Assembly (NCBI GenBank): GCA_002104905.1
Contig: MCFE01000414.1
Location: 15,484-79,483, forward strand
Reading direction: 5' to 3'
Source of the DNA: Basidiobolus meristosporus CBS 931.73
Taxonomy: Eukaryota; Fungi; Basidiobolomycota
DNA length: 64,000 nt
Position 1 is the first letter of the stretch; each line of letters opens with the position of its first letter. A program made the translations under genes and the position numbers. The notes below the pieces were generated by a model. It worked only from the letters and a program-made list of their open reading frames with translations, was not told the DNA's origin and did no database searches. Of this stretch, positions 52,270 through 63,736 are shown in pieces.

Positions 52270-54315
52270 CTTGTGGGTGGAAGCAACGGAACAAGGGAGA
52301 ATTTATTTGCTGCCGGTCCTGTCAATCCTACCCGTCCTTATATATTCTTTTCCGAGCACATCACGGAGGTTCAGGTCGCTGCCCAATTAATTTACTCGAA
52401 TAAAATATACATGACAAAATGGATTGATTACTGTAACGACTGAAGTGTGTTCTCAGGTCGGATTAAGCATGCTTAATGAATCCATTTCTGGGGCGATTCG
52501 GTTGATTGTGCTCGTACCCAAGTGGAAACCACGCTGCTTAAGGAAGCGAGTGGCCCCCTCCAATGACTAAAGCCTACACGAATGCCAGCACAACTCGGTG
52601 GAATTTCACTGAGACTCGGGCACACTCCGCTTGGCCGCACGCTCACAATGTGGGAAAGTAACTCTCTGTGATAAATGGTGTAACTCGTTGCTTGTTCCTA
52701 AGCGAGTTGTTTGAGGAAATCCCCTCCACGATTTGCAATCTGACGCAATGAACTCTAATTTGACCTGACGCCATAATTCGTCAACTCCCTGTGAGAGTCA
52801 TAAGCCTATATGAAACTACCGGATTCTACGCCCATTGGGACACAAAAACCTCCCATTGGTTGCACAATGGAAGATAGTTCTTCCTCGCCACCTTATTGAA
52901 GAGATTCAGAGTGAGATTGGTGAGTTTATAGGTGGGAGTTTGCCAAATTGTGATGTTTAAAATCAATCCAAATCAACGAGAGCCGATATACGATGATTCC
53001 CACCAACCACTGGACAAGTAAGGGAAGGTCGCTACTCCAAATATGGCTATACCGTCGAATACAATAGCCGGCACTACTATATACGGCGGAACAGCCAGAA
53101 TAACTAACAAGCTAGAGCTTCAGGAATTCTGTGATTATGGTTCAGCTTAGATTAACACTGGGCACCTCACTAATCAAGGGGTGAACTTCAACTTGAAAAT
53201 AGAGTTTCCACCCGATCGAGTATTCTACAGTTAGAACGGAACGAACAAAGAGCTGGGCCAGTTACCTCATGCTCGGCTATATATTTTGCCACGAAGTCTG
53301 AGCAACTGGAACCCGACTTACACATACGGGCGGAGTGACATGGCTTCTAGATGGTACATAGCAATCAGGCGCCATACACCCACATCCCCTGACCTGCCCC
53401 TCGCATAACAGAGGATTAGTGATTGTTGCGTGAATCCTGGTTTGTTACCCTGCTTTACTTGGTTGCCAGCTTTCTTTCTATGCGTCTTTTTGGCGACTTG
53501 CTAGCTCAATTGATACATATATTGGCTCTATCCGTATTGATCTCAGGGCGTGGCTATTGGTTCTTCAGGATTGTTTTGTTCTTGCTGCATCTATCTTCCA
53601 AAACCATAGGTATGTGAGCAAATTAGCTTGCCCAGTCAGGACTAGCGGTGCCTAATTTAGTAGGAGCGTACTTTTATCTTGGTAACTTCTAAACAACCTT
53701 CCTTTTTGGTTAGCATGTGGGTTTTTTTCCATGAAAATGGGTTTCGTATGGGCTGGAAGCGTGCTGCTAAATGATTAGCCCCACGTGCCATACCAGGGAA
53801 ATCGTCATATACCATACACTCGGATTACATTTACATGAGGTGCAGCAAAACGAACCTTGGGAAACAATCAGCCCATGTCATTGGGGGCGCTGCGATTTAC
53901 AAGGCATCACATGGGGCGTGTTGGCCTAAATTCAGTCCAGGTTCCCAGGGACTTCGAGCTTGGCTCCGCATTGGAGCAGACATTCTCAACAGAAAGCAGT
54001 GTAATGGAGTTCTCCAGGTGGTCGTCCATTACTGCAAAAGGCCATGATCATCCCCGGGTTCAGAGGATATTTCGTTGGGAGAATGGGTAACCAGCCTCAT
54101 GCCCTGGGAAAGGTTTCAGGTTGAGATACAAGGAAGGTGGACTTAGTCAACGTCATGTGTCGATTTATTTAAATTCTGCGTTATGGGTCAACTAAAGGAT
54201 GAACATATATATGGACAGTTTAGATCCGCCCACCAGCGCTTTACACTCAGTGGGCGCCAGATCATGGTAGAGCAGAAAATGCAAAGCTATGTTTACAGGA
54301 GAACGTGGGGGGGGG

Positions 54316-55026
54316 CTACGGCTGGACCTCCGAAAGGAGAGACATCTTTGTGATTCTTTCGAAGTCCAAGTTAATCCGAATGCTCATCACAATATCTAAC
54401 GAGAAGTGTCTGCTGATCGTTACCTCAGCGTCCAGGGCTTTTCGCAGAAACACGATGATCTTGCTGGCAAGCGGTGAGGAGAGGATTCGAAAGCCATTCT
54501 TCATGTTGCTCGAGCACGGGATCTCGCACGACCCGTGGTCGCTGTACTTCAGATAGCACCTCTCGCGGCCCAGCGTAATGAAGATGGACGAGACAAATAT
54601 TCTGGCTGCACTCTTCACTTCTTCGGTTACCGCGGCCAAGAACTCGTTGATGGCCTCGGTTGCATTGGTATGAATGATATCCACTATTGACTCGGAAGGA
54701 ACGGCCCAGAAGTCGATTACCTCGTCGAAAGAAGCCAGCACGCTGGGGTTTACGCTTGTTGGTCGCCGAACGGGCTTTCCGGTCGAGTAAAACTGCAAGA
54801 CATGGTCGAACCACAGGGATGTGAAATCGATGAAATACTCGCCTTTCTCGTTGGGTTTGATAAGGGGCTGGTTGCCCTCGGCAAACATACTTCCAAGCAT
54901 GGTATCCGGTTGGCTGCGAAGCAGGTGAAGTGAGGTCACGAAGCTCGTTCCGCCGATGTTCAATAATATGCGGTTGCCCGGGATCTCCTTATCATGGTCG
55001 ACTCTGTTTACTAGGCTCATTGGCAT
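54316..55026 (-). CDS. KCTD-type BTB/POZ (T1) domain protein, single exon
   Basis: RILLNIGGTSFVTSLHLLRSQPDTMLGSMF...GEYFID..WFDHVLQFYSTG; intact 236-aa ORF. Confidence 0.85.
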   Translation of the reverse strand: MPMSLVNRVDHDKEIPGNRILLNIGGTSFVTSLHLLRSQPDTMLGSMFAEGNQPLIKPNEKGEYFIDFTSLWFDHVLQFYSTGKPVRRPTSVNPSVLASFDEVIDFWAVPSESIVDIIHTNATEAINEFLAAVTEEVKSAARIFVSSIFITLGRERCYLKYSDHGSCEIPCSSNMKNGFRILSSPLASKIIVFLRKALDAEVTISRHFSLDIVMSIRINLDFERITKMSLLSEVQP

Positions 55027-56401
55027 TTCACAAACTAAAGTGACTGCTCAACGATCGGCCTGCCCAACACACTATTAATAAGTGCGGCTCAGTCCACGTA
55101 AGCTCGCTGTGGGACGCAGAGCCATTCTCCAGCGCCTCACATGATCGCGAAAGTGATTAAGGCTATTTGCAAATCACACGACTCCTGTCGCAAAGTCAAT
55201 TGGAATAATTTCACAGCAGCCAAACCATTCAAATGGCACTCATCACACCACCCAACCTTGATTCATGTTCTCTCCCGTCGACCTCCAATTAGAACATGAA
55301 ACCATCGAGTCCTCCTTCTCGTCAACCAACCTAACCTGAACTGAACAGGTTGCCCATTGGCGATGCATTGCCACAGAAATCAACTCGAACCGACCCCCCT
55401 CTATGTTGTCAGTTTTCAATGAGGAGTTTCATCAGTGTGGCTCATGGCGACTGCTGCATTCCTGAACTTGACACCTCCTCGTCTCCTTTGCACCAGGTGA
55501 ATCTGAGTGGATGGCGAAAGACAGCCTCTCTGATTGGCCACCGCTCACAGCTACGTATGCGAAATTACCGAGTGGATGCTGGGATTTTCTCATCTCGTAC
55601 GAGGGATCATCCTGGACAGTGGCTTGGCTCGCTCCCATGACAAACATTGCGTGTTACGTAAAGCTGCGAACCATATAAAGCCTCAGCGCATTTGCAGCCA
55701 GCCATGAGAAATGTTGCCCAACAGCCAAACATGGGATTCCACGGTGGCAACTACGCTAGTTCCTCAGTGCGAAGCCATCAAATTCAGACTTGGTTCTCAC
55801 CTTGAAACTCCGTAGCCAATGAATGGCTGACTAGAGTCCCTCCTAAGCACACAACCTCCCTAGAATGCAAAGATCGGGCTCCACAGTGTTCATGCTTGAC
55901 ATTCCATGACGTTAACATTCTTCAATGAGGGTTCTCTTCAGAGCAGACTTGCTGTATGTCTTAGAACACCCGGCCTATTAACGTGTACATATGTGAGTAC
56001 TACTTCGTTGCCGTCCAGTTTTTAATTTCGGAGTTTTCTGATGGATGACGGGGGAAAACCCGCCTTGTTCCCTGTCATGCACCATGGAGACTCGTGGGTA
56101 TATATAGGCTAAATGATCTCGCCTCTTCAGAAACTCCTTGGTTGCATGAGATTAGCAATGTATGGTAAAACCCAAGTGGTCGGAACTCGGTCATCAATTG
56201 AGAGCTCTAGTAGGTAGTGTTCCTTGTGTGATTATAATATGGGGTCTTTAGTCGGCTCTACTCGGGCAATGCACACAAGTCTTCATCACCAGCTTTGAGC
56301 TGTCAAAGTCGGCTTGCTTATACACACCAAATTAGCACATGTGTATCTTGCCAATTTTTGCCAAAATGGTAATCCTGCTCATTCTTCAACTTCTAGGAGC
56401 T

Positions 56402-56968
56402 ACTATAAGAGTTTTGGAGATGTTGGAAGACAATGGGAGAATAAATAGAGTTTATGGTTTTCACTTAATGTTATATTGAATGCCAAAGTGGCAATTTGAC
56501 TGCTGCATGATCTTGGGAAAACAAACACATGGTGTATACTTATGGATATTCCAAGCTCCTGTGTTCAAAATGTGGAAATCTTTGGACAAGCTAACAATTC
56601 CCATATTCATAGGTAGGTGACAATTGTTGTAAATTTTGTGATTACATCTAAATATTAATGATTTATCAAATGTAAAAGTAGTACTTATACTTTACATGGT
56701 TTTGGCAATACATGCATGTAGAATTTGTATAGGTACCTATGAAAAATAACTTGGTCCTGCAGGTGGATTCAATCTGGACCAGCCTTCAAGATCCTGCAAG
56801 GAGGCTGTCATAAAGCTGGCAGCTTTGAATTATTGACCCTCTTTACAATCTTATCACAGGATCATGATGATGTTTTGCTGCTTCTATTTGTTGCAAGAGT
56901 AGGTGGAATTACAAATTTTTACAACACTCCCACTCAGCTAAATATTCATACTGACTAGTCCTAGTCTT
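56402..56968 (-). mobile_element. Old LTR fragments plus a minus-strand copia 3' remnant (LTR start, PPT, RNase H tail)
   Basis: 56897-56968 matches 14030-14095 (…TTTTACAACA CTCCCACTC AGCTAAAT…). 56402-56740 resembles diverged LTR sequence. Confidence 0.75.
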
Positions 56969-57374
56969 TGTTGTAAAGATTTGTAATTCAACCTAAATTC
57001 TCACCTAACTTAGTCACTTAGATCATTACCTTCAAATCCTAGTGAATACTGACCAAATTCCTAGTTGGGATTTACCTAGAATATATGCCAAAAACATGAA
57101 AATTCTCAAGGTTGTCCAAAAAGCCCCAGACTTTCACACATGTTCTTGGTATCTTCTTTAACCTATTTGACACGTTTGTTATGCCAAGAACATGCAAAAG
57201 TATAAATACTACTTTTACATTCAATACATCATTAAGTGAAAACCACATAATCTACTTGTTCTCCCAACACTTCCAATATCTCCAAGACTCTTTCAACAGG
57301 TTATGAGCCCCAAGCTGTCACTCTCTGCAATGTCTACTACTGCTATTACTGGAACTTCTCCCTCTGCTGAAAAG
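56969..57374 (+). mobile_element. Copia copy A: 5' LTR, PBS and first gag codons, interrupted by copy B
   Basis: LTR 56969-57298 (TGTTG...CAACA); PBS GGTTATGAGCCC at 57299-57310; gag start broken after GCTGAAAAG. Confidence 0.9.
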
Positions 57375-59124
57375 TGTTGTAAAGATTTGTAATTCAACCT
57401 AAATATTCACCTAACTTAGTCACTTAGATCATTACCCTCAAATCCTAGAGAATACTGACCAAATTCCTTGTCGGGATTTACTTAGAGTAATTTCACCAAA
57501 ATACCAATTACCCAGTACATGAAAATTCACAAAGTTGTCCAAACAGCTCCAAACTTTGCACACATGCTCTTGAGACCTTTCTTAATCTATTCTACGTGTT
57601 TGTAATGCCAAGACCAGGTAAAAGTATAAATACTACTTTTACATTCAATTAATCATTAAGTGGAAATCACATAATCTACTTGTTCTCCCAATCACTTACA
57701 ATAGCTCCAAGACTCTTACAACAGGTTATGAGCTCCAAGCTGTGACTCTCAGCAATGTCTACCACTGCTATTACTGGATTTTTTCCCTCTGCTGAAAAGT
57801 TGGGTGGATCTAACTACCAAGTGTGGAAGGTGAAGATGAAGATGCTGCTACAGGAAAGAGGCCTTTGGGATATTGTCATGGGAGAAGAATGCCCTCCTAA
57901 AATGTGGGAGAGGAAGTCTTGAAGTACCAGAAGAAAGAACAAAGTGCCTTTGACTGCATTTGCCTTAATGTTAAAGACAAATTGATAATTCAATGCTCAA
58001 GAGCAAAAACGGCAAAGAATGCCTGGAAGGCATCAGAAGACGCCTACCAGTCATGTTCAGCTGCTAAGAAAATGTATCTGAGACAAAAAGTCTTTACTAC
58101 AAAGATGCTGCCAGGAGAAGAAATGAAAAATCTAACTAACAGAATTACCCTGCTGGTAGATGAGATGGAATCTGTGGGTGTACCAACTACTGATGAGGAT
58201 GTGAAAGTTACCATCCTGAATAGCCTGACAGACAGTTTCAGGGCCTTGTATCAGCCCTAGAGTCCAGAACTGAAGATTTGACCTTAAATTACATATATGG
58301 AAGGCTCCTGGATGAAGAATTAAGAAAATCAAGTGCCAATAAGAAGGAAGAAGAAAATGCTTTAATAAGCAATGATAACCAACAAAGAAGGTACCCAAAG
58401 CCTTACAAAGGCAACAGCAACCTGTTTTGTAACTACCGCAAAGGAAATGACACACATCAGACTGGTGTCTCAAAAAGAAAGATAATCAGCAAAAGAAGCC
58501 TGAATATGGAAATGCTGCAACAACTGAAGATAGACTATTCATATCTGCACTAAATATGACCACAAAAAAGGATTCTCAGATGTGGTATATTGACTCTGGA
58601 GCTTCTCTACACTTTACACACCAAAAAGAACTTTTTACTCAATATCAAGAAATTCCAATTAAGAAGGTTTTCATGGGGGACAATAGAACACTTGATGCAG
58701 TGGGAGAAGGAACTATCCAAGTAAACCTAAGAAGCAGTGAAGGAAGCCATACACAGACCTTCAAAGAAGTACTCTATGTACCAGAAATAGCCAAGACCCT
58801 ACTATCTGTAAGCAAGGCCACTGCAGAAGGATTCAGTTTCAGCTTTGACAATTTTGGATGCAGGATCACTGATCAAAATGGTGCCCATATTGCTTTGGGT
58901 ATCAGAGATCAGAATCTATACAAGTTGACTTATATCCCATCATATTTGGAAGCCAATATAAGTAACTTAAATGAAGAAACACCAATGCTTTGGCACAGGA
59001 GATTTGGGCACATCAATTTTGATTATTTGTGCAAAATGATCAAAGATCAGCTAATTGCTGGAGTAAAAATTGATCCCCCAGCAAATTTGGAGCACTGTGA
59101 AGCCTGCATATATGGGAAACAAGC
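57375..59124 (+). mobile_element. Copia copy B: 5' LTR, PBS, gag, protease and GAG-pre-integrase; cut at 59124
   Basis: LTR 57375-57723; PBS; gag (NYQVWKVKM..GLWDIV); WYIDSGASLHFT; LWHRRFGHIN..CEACIYGKQ, then an abrupt switch to unrelated sequence. Confidence 0.92.
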
Positions 59125-59135
59125 TGTTGTGCATC

Positions 59136-61860
59136 TTAGGGTAGGGGGGGGGAAATCACTGGTTGGTGTAATCTTTATTGTCAATCATTGGGAAAACAAA
59201 GAAGTCAGGGATTGATGCTGCAGTCTTGTAACATATTTGTACAGACACTTTGGGTTAATATGTAGATAGGTTGCTATTTCTTGTAGTTCCTCTGCATTGA
59301 ATAGAGTGTTGCAAGGGAGCGGCGGTAGCATTAGCAATAATAACTTATGATATATGTATTGTGATGTGCTTTTGCCAATTGGTGATATAAAGCAAAGAAA
59401 TGGGGTTTGCTGAGTTACATACTCTTGCCATAGTTGATTAAGATACTTGCTATATGCTTCTTTGGGGTTTTTACTCCCTTCTGTTGCTTTGACAAATTGC
59501 TGGACTTTTGGGCACCTGATGATAGTTGCCCAACAGGAGTTATTTTGAAGCATCTTGCATGAAATCCATGCTTGTATCAACTCATTTGTTGATTTTTGGA
59601 GTTGAATATGTAGTCTTGTACAGAGGTACAAAGTTCTTATTGAATACAGGAGTAATCTAAAAGTTGCCAGGACTCTGTGGTGATACTCTGTTGGTGGGAG
59701 CCATGGTAATCAAGTATTAATGCTGTGGGAAACAAACTTGTCCAGTTTTGTCAGGTATCTTGTTGGAATAGGCATTATTGCCAATCCAAACTCCAGTACT
59801 GGGAGCACAAACTGCTTGAGTAACTAGTGACATTGGCTCAAAGGTATATCTGGTGGTGTAACAGAGACTAACTTGTGTAGAGCATGCTGTGCAAGTGCTA
59901 TTTGCCTCCACACATGTGCTTTTACATCCAGACCAGATGCAGTTAACAGAAGCCCTAGATAGCTGACAGTTTCTGCTGGGTGCAGAGTTTGAGAGTTCAG
60001 CATGATACTGCATCCAACTGGCTTGGCTTTTGCCATTGAGAGACTAAGATTGTTTTGTGTAAGGTAGCTGTCAATCAGGTTAGAGTTTTTTTCCAAATTA
60101 CTGCAAGATATACAAATATCATCTGCGTATAAAGTTGTAAGCTCAGAGGCTTCCAAGGCAGGAAAGTTGTTCACAAAGATGGCAAATAGTAGAGGGCCTA
60201 GAACAGATCCCTGCACTACCCCATTTGGAACATCATAAGTGGTAGATTGCATATTTGGATGCAAAATGTAGGCCTTTGAGCCCTGATATAAAGCCATGAT
60301 AAGAGCTGTAATTGAAGGTCCAGCAAAAGCTTCAAGTTTTCTTCAAAGAAGGTTACGGTCAACTGCATCAAATGCACGGGTAGTATCCAAGAGTACTGCT
60401 GGAAATTTGTTATAGAGTGTGTGGTCATGGCTTGACATGACAGCCATTTCTAGCAAGACTTTAGGTATAAAACCAAACTGATTTGCTACAAACAAGCCAC
60501 TAGATGAGAGTTGCAAAGCAATTAACAGTTGCAATACCTTTCAGCAAGCTGGTATGAGGGAAGCAGGGCAATAGGATTCCGCCAGTTTGGCTGAGCCTCT
60601 ACCTTTGTATAGAGGAATCACCTTTGCAACCAGCCATTCCAACGGCATTTGCACATGTGAAATACACTGCAAATAGAATGGGAGCAATATATGTTCCATG
60701 GCCGCAAGTGCCAGCTTCAAGATCTCATATTTTATATTGTAATGACCTGATGCAGAATTGTTGAGTAGCTTACAAAGAGTTGCCTCTAATGTATTTGCAT
60801 CCAGGCTAATTGCGTGAGAGCAATCTCTTGAAGTAGCAGTATAGGGCTTAGAGCTGTACCTCTCTTGCACAAAGAAAGCAGCAGCTAAAAGATTGGGACT
60901 TGGTAGATCTTTTGAAGCTGGCTGTGGAGCTCAATATATTCTTGAAATGCTTCCAGTTGTGTCTGCAGCAGTCTTCAGTGGTAGAGAGTGCATTATATGA
61001 TTCCAGTAGGATGCGTGTTTTTGAAGATTTTGATGTTTCACATATTCAACTGCATCATCCAACAGCTTATTCTGTGAGAGGTTAGGGAATTGACAATAGC
61101 TCTGGGACAGTGCATATACTATGTTATGCTACTGGCACATCTGGGTTGTTGGGCATTTGGTTGATAGAGACAAAGCAGCAGCAATCAATATTGTATGCTT
61201 GACAAAAAGCCACGCAGTATCAACACAGCTGGGTAGATTGGTGTGATAGCTGGTAATCATCAAGTAGTTAGCTAAATCTTTAAGATGCAATGGTGTTGCG
61301 TGACATGTCTTGAATTGTAGAAATTTTGCCGGCAGGACAGTGGGGAATTACAATATCCCTGACCATACATCATGATCTGATGAGTTAAGCATTCCAAGCT
61401 GCAGCTTCTTGACAATGGCAACCTCTTATAGTAATTGTAAACCAGCTGGTGTTGTGCATATCCAGTCTACACATCATTTTTCTGACTTGGGATTAACAGC
61501 AATAAAATGATATTGACACAGCATACAGTGAGTAACAGTTGCCTTCAGCTTAGCACTCTTTGATACAGAAGTGCAATTTGTGTCATGAGGAATATTTAGG
61601 TTACCAACCAGGATGCTGGCAGATTGCAAATAACAATGGTGCTGGACTACGGCATTAGCAATGTTGCTGACCTGCTCAAGTGCCAGCTTAGGTAGAAGAT
61701 GGATGAGTAAAATACAGAGCATATTGCATTTGAGTGAAGCGGCATATGGCAAAACTAATGGCGTTGTAGTGGGGTCACAGTGACACCCACAGGCAGATGT
61801 GCTCATTCTTATGCGTTCACTTCCCTAAAAAGGATTACCCCGCCTATATTATTATCATCC
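59136..61860 (-). mobile_element. Degenerate LINE ORF2 cassette (APE endonuclease + RT) with a non-poly(A), telomere-like 3' end
   Basis: APE motifs LLIHLLP, ILVGNLN, VDWI, SSDH. RT motifs SASGHYNIKYE, VIPLYKG..SYCPASL, QFGF, LLDTTRAFDAV, GVVQGSVLGPLLF, YADD, YLG. ORF2 tail ends at 59185, then AATAAA and ...CCCTACCCTAA. Confidence 0.9.
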
Positions 61861-62053
61861 CAAATTTGCAATATTTCCTATTTTTGTCTATGTGATTATT
61901 ACTATGCAACCTGACAAACTATTTGTCACTATTAACCCATTGCACAAGCTATTCTTATTCCTTGCCGAGATGCCAAGATAAGATAGTTACCTTATAAGAG
62001 GCAACCACATGACACAGAGGTTTCATATTACCACTACCTGATTGGCTAAGTGC

Positions 62054-63640
62054 TTAGGGGAGGGAAAGTCACCAAGGTAGGTGAAATCTTTATTTGATTG
62101 CAGACAAGTCTAACTACAAATAAAGAAGCCAGCTGGGAATAGAAGATTCCCAAAGTAAACACTAAGTTGAATATGAATAAATCTAAGCTAAAGTTAAAGC
62201 AGTATCCCAGAGTACACTGGAGTTCAGGTTCATGGGGGAGTGAAGTAGATAAGCTTGAGAGATATAATAATCTTTGAGGAAGTGGGTAACAGCAGGTGAA
62301 GGGGAGTTTTTGATAAGTGAAGTGAATCTTGAGAGCAGAGATTCCTCTAATGAGAAGGTCTTGTAAACTGGAGAATCAGGAAACTCTTTAAAGGCATGGT
62401 CAGTAGGTTCCCAGTAAAACTGGTCAGAGACATTTTGAGAGAACTCTTTAGCAATACTTTTGTCAAGTACTACCTCCAGAGTGTGATTGTTGATAAATCT
62501 CATGTTAACAATCTTGGATAAATTGTAACCTTGTTGCTTGAGATACATCCTATGCTCAGATATAGGAATGAACTCCACATTGGCAAAGTAGCAGACAGCC
62601 CAGTCAGTAGCAGGAGGCAAATCAGAAGTAGCAGGAAACTTTCTTTTAGTCTTGGGAGGAGCAGCAGGATGTCTTGAGGAAGCAGGAACAGGCTTTTTGA
62701 CAGCTTCAGAGTAGGAAGAGTGAGCAGGAGCAGATGATTCTTGGGGAGTCTTGTTGACAGGAACAGCTGGCAGAGAGACAATAGATTCTTGCAGATCAGA
62801 GAAGGCAGAAAACAGCTTTTGAACTTGTTTCTTGAGTAAAGCATTTTCAGCTTCAACAAGTGCAAGCCTTTCCTCAAGGAAGGAAATCTGAAGGGAATGG
62901 AGTGAAGGCATAAGAAATAAGAAGAAGAGGGTAAGATGGGGTGTGTTGTATCCAAGAGAAAGTGTAATAAAACTCTTGAATGGTTTAACTGAACCAAAGG
63001 GACAATTAAGTGCAGAATCTTAGAATTGTCAGAGAGTGGCGGAAATATTAGCAGAAAGATTCTGATCTAATATTGGTCTTGGATATAGCTGGGTTGGCTA
63101 TAAAGACAATGATATTTGTTCGCTAGGCAGGCTAGGCTTGGTGTTCTTTGGAGTGCTAGATATACTAGGCTTGGATAGAAACTAGAACGGAATTGTTGGA
63201 TTCTTATTTTTGCTGAGACAGAATCTTAATTTCGTTGAGACACACACTAAACCAAAAGGTTCAGTAAACTTTATTTATACTTTTCTGATCAAGTTGAATT
63301 AGTCAGCGCCAAGGGACTGGATTGATTGAAATCAATTTGGGTGTTCATAGGTGCATAAGATAAATGAAAATTACATCATCAATCAACTGATGTCTTGGCA
63401 ACTGCACAGTGGTTGGATAGATCTCAGATGACTAATCACCTGGGAAGGCTTGGCAGATAGGTTGATAACGTAATGACCATTTGAAAATAGATCAGGTGTG
63501 ATAGCTAAAAATAGATTCTGAGGTGGGATAAAATAAACTGTAACTGGGATTTGTTATGTTTGGGTTAGGGAAAATCAGTTAGGGTACTAGATTTTCAAAC
63601 GGAGTAAAATTGGCTAAGTTTTAAATGTTGATGCACAACA
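62054..63640 (-). mobile_element. LINE ORF1 (gag-like) cassette with about 730-bp 5' leader and its own AATAAA...CCCTAA 3' end
   Basis: Intact 242-aa ORF 62183-62911: N-terminal coiled coil, SYSEAVKK, and RRM-like YFANVEFIPISEHRMYLK..IVNMRFI..LEVV, typical of fungal LINE ORF1. The 3' motif at 62054-62100 is homologous to 59136-59190. Confidence 0.75.
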
Positions 63641-63655
63641 GGGTGGGTGGGAGGG
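63641..63655 (+). other. Canonical G-quadruplex motif GGGTGGGTGGGAGGG at the element/telomere junction
   Basis: Four G3 tracts with 1-nt loops, starting immediately after the element terminus. Confidence 0.7.
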
Positions 63656-63736
63656 AAAATTAGCAGGGAGAAGAGAAGGAAGGAGCAAAAATTCCAGAAG
63701 TCAGAATTTATAGATGGATGGACAAGGGTAGATGGG

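Noticed and set aside
52462-52477. Perfect 16-bp palindrome ATTAAGCATGCTTAAT upstream of the YeiH gene
   Set aside because: About one such palindrome is expected by chance in 64 kb (64000/4^8).
62500-62997. 165-aa Leu-rich ORF overlapping LINE ORF1
   Set aside because: It is an alternative-frame shadow of the Pro/Ser-rich ORF1 with no recognisable motif.
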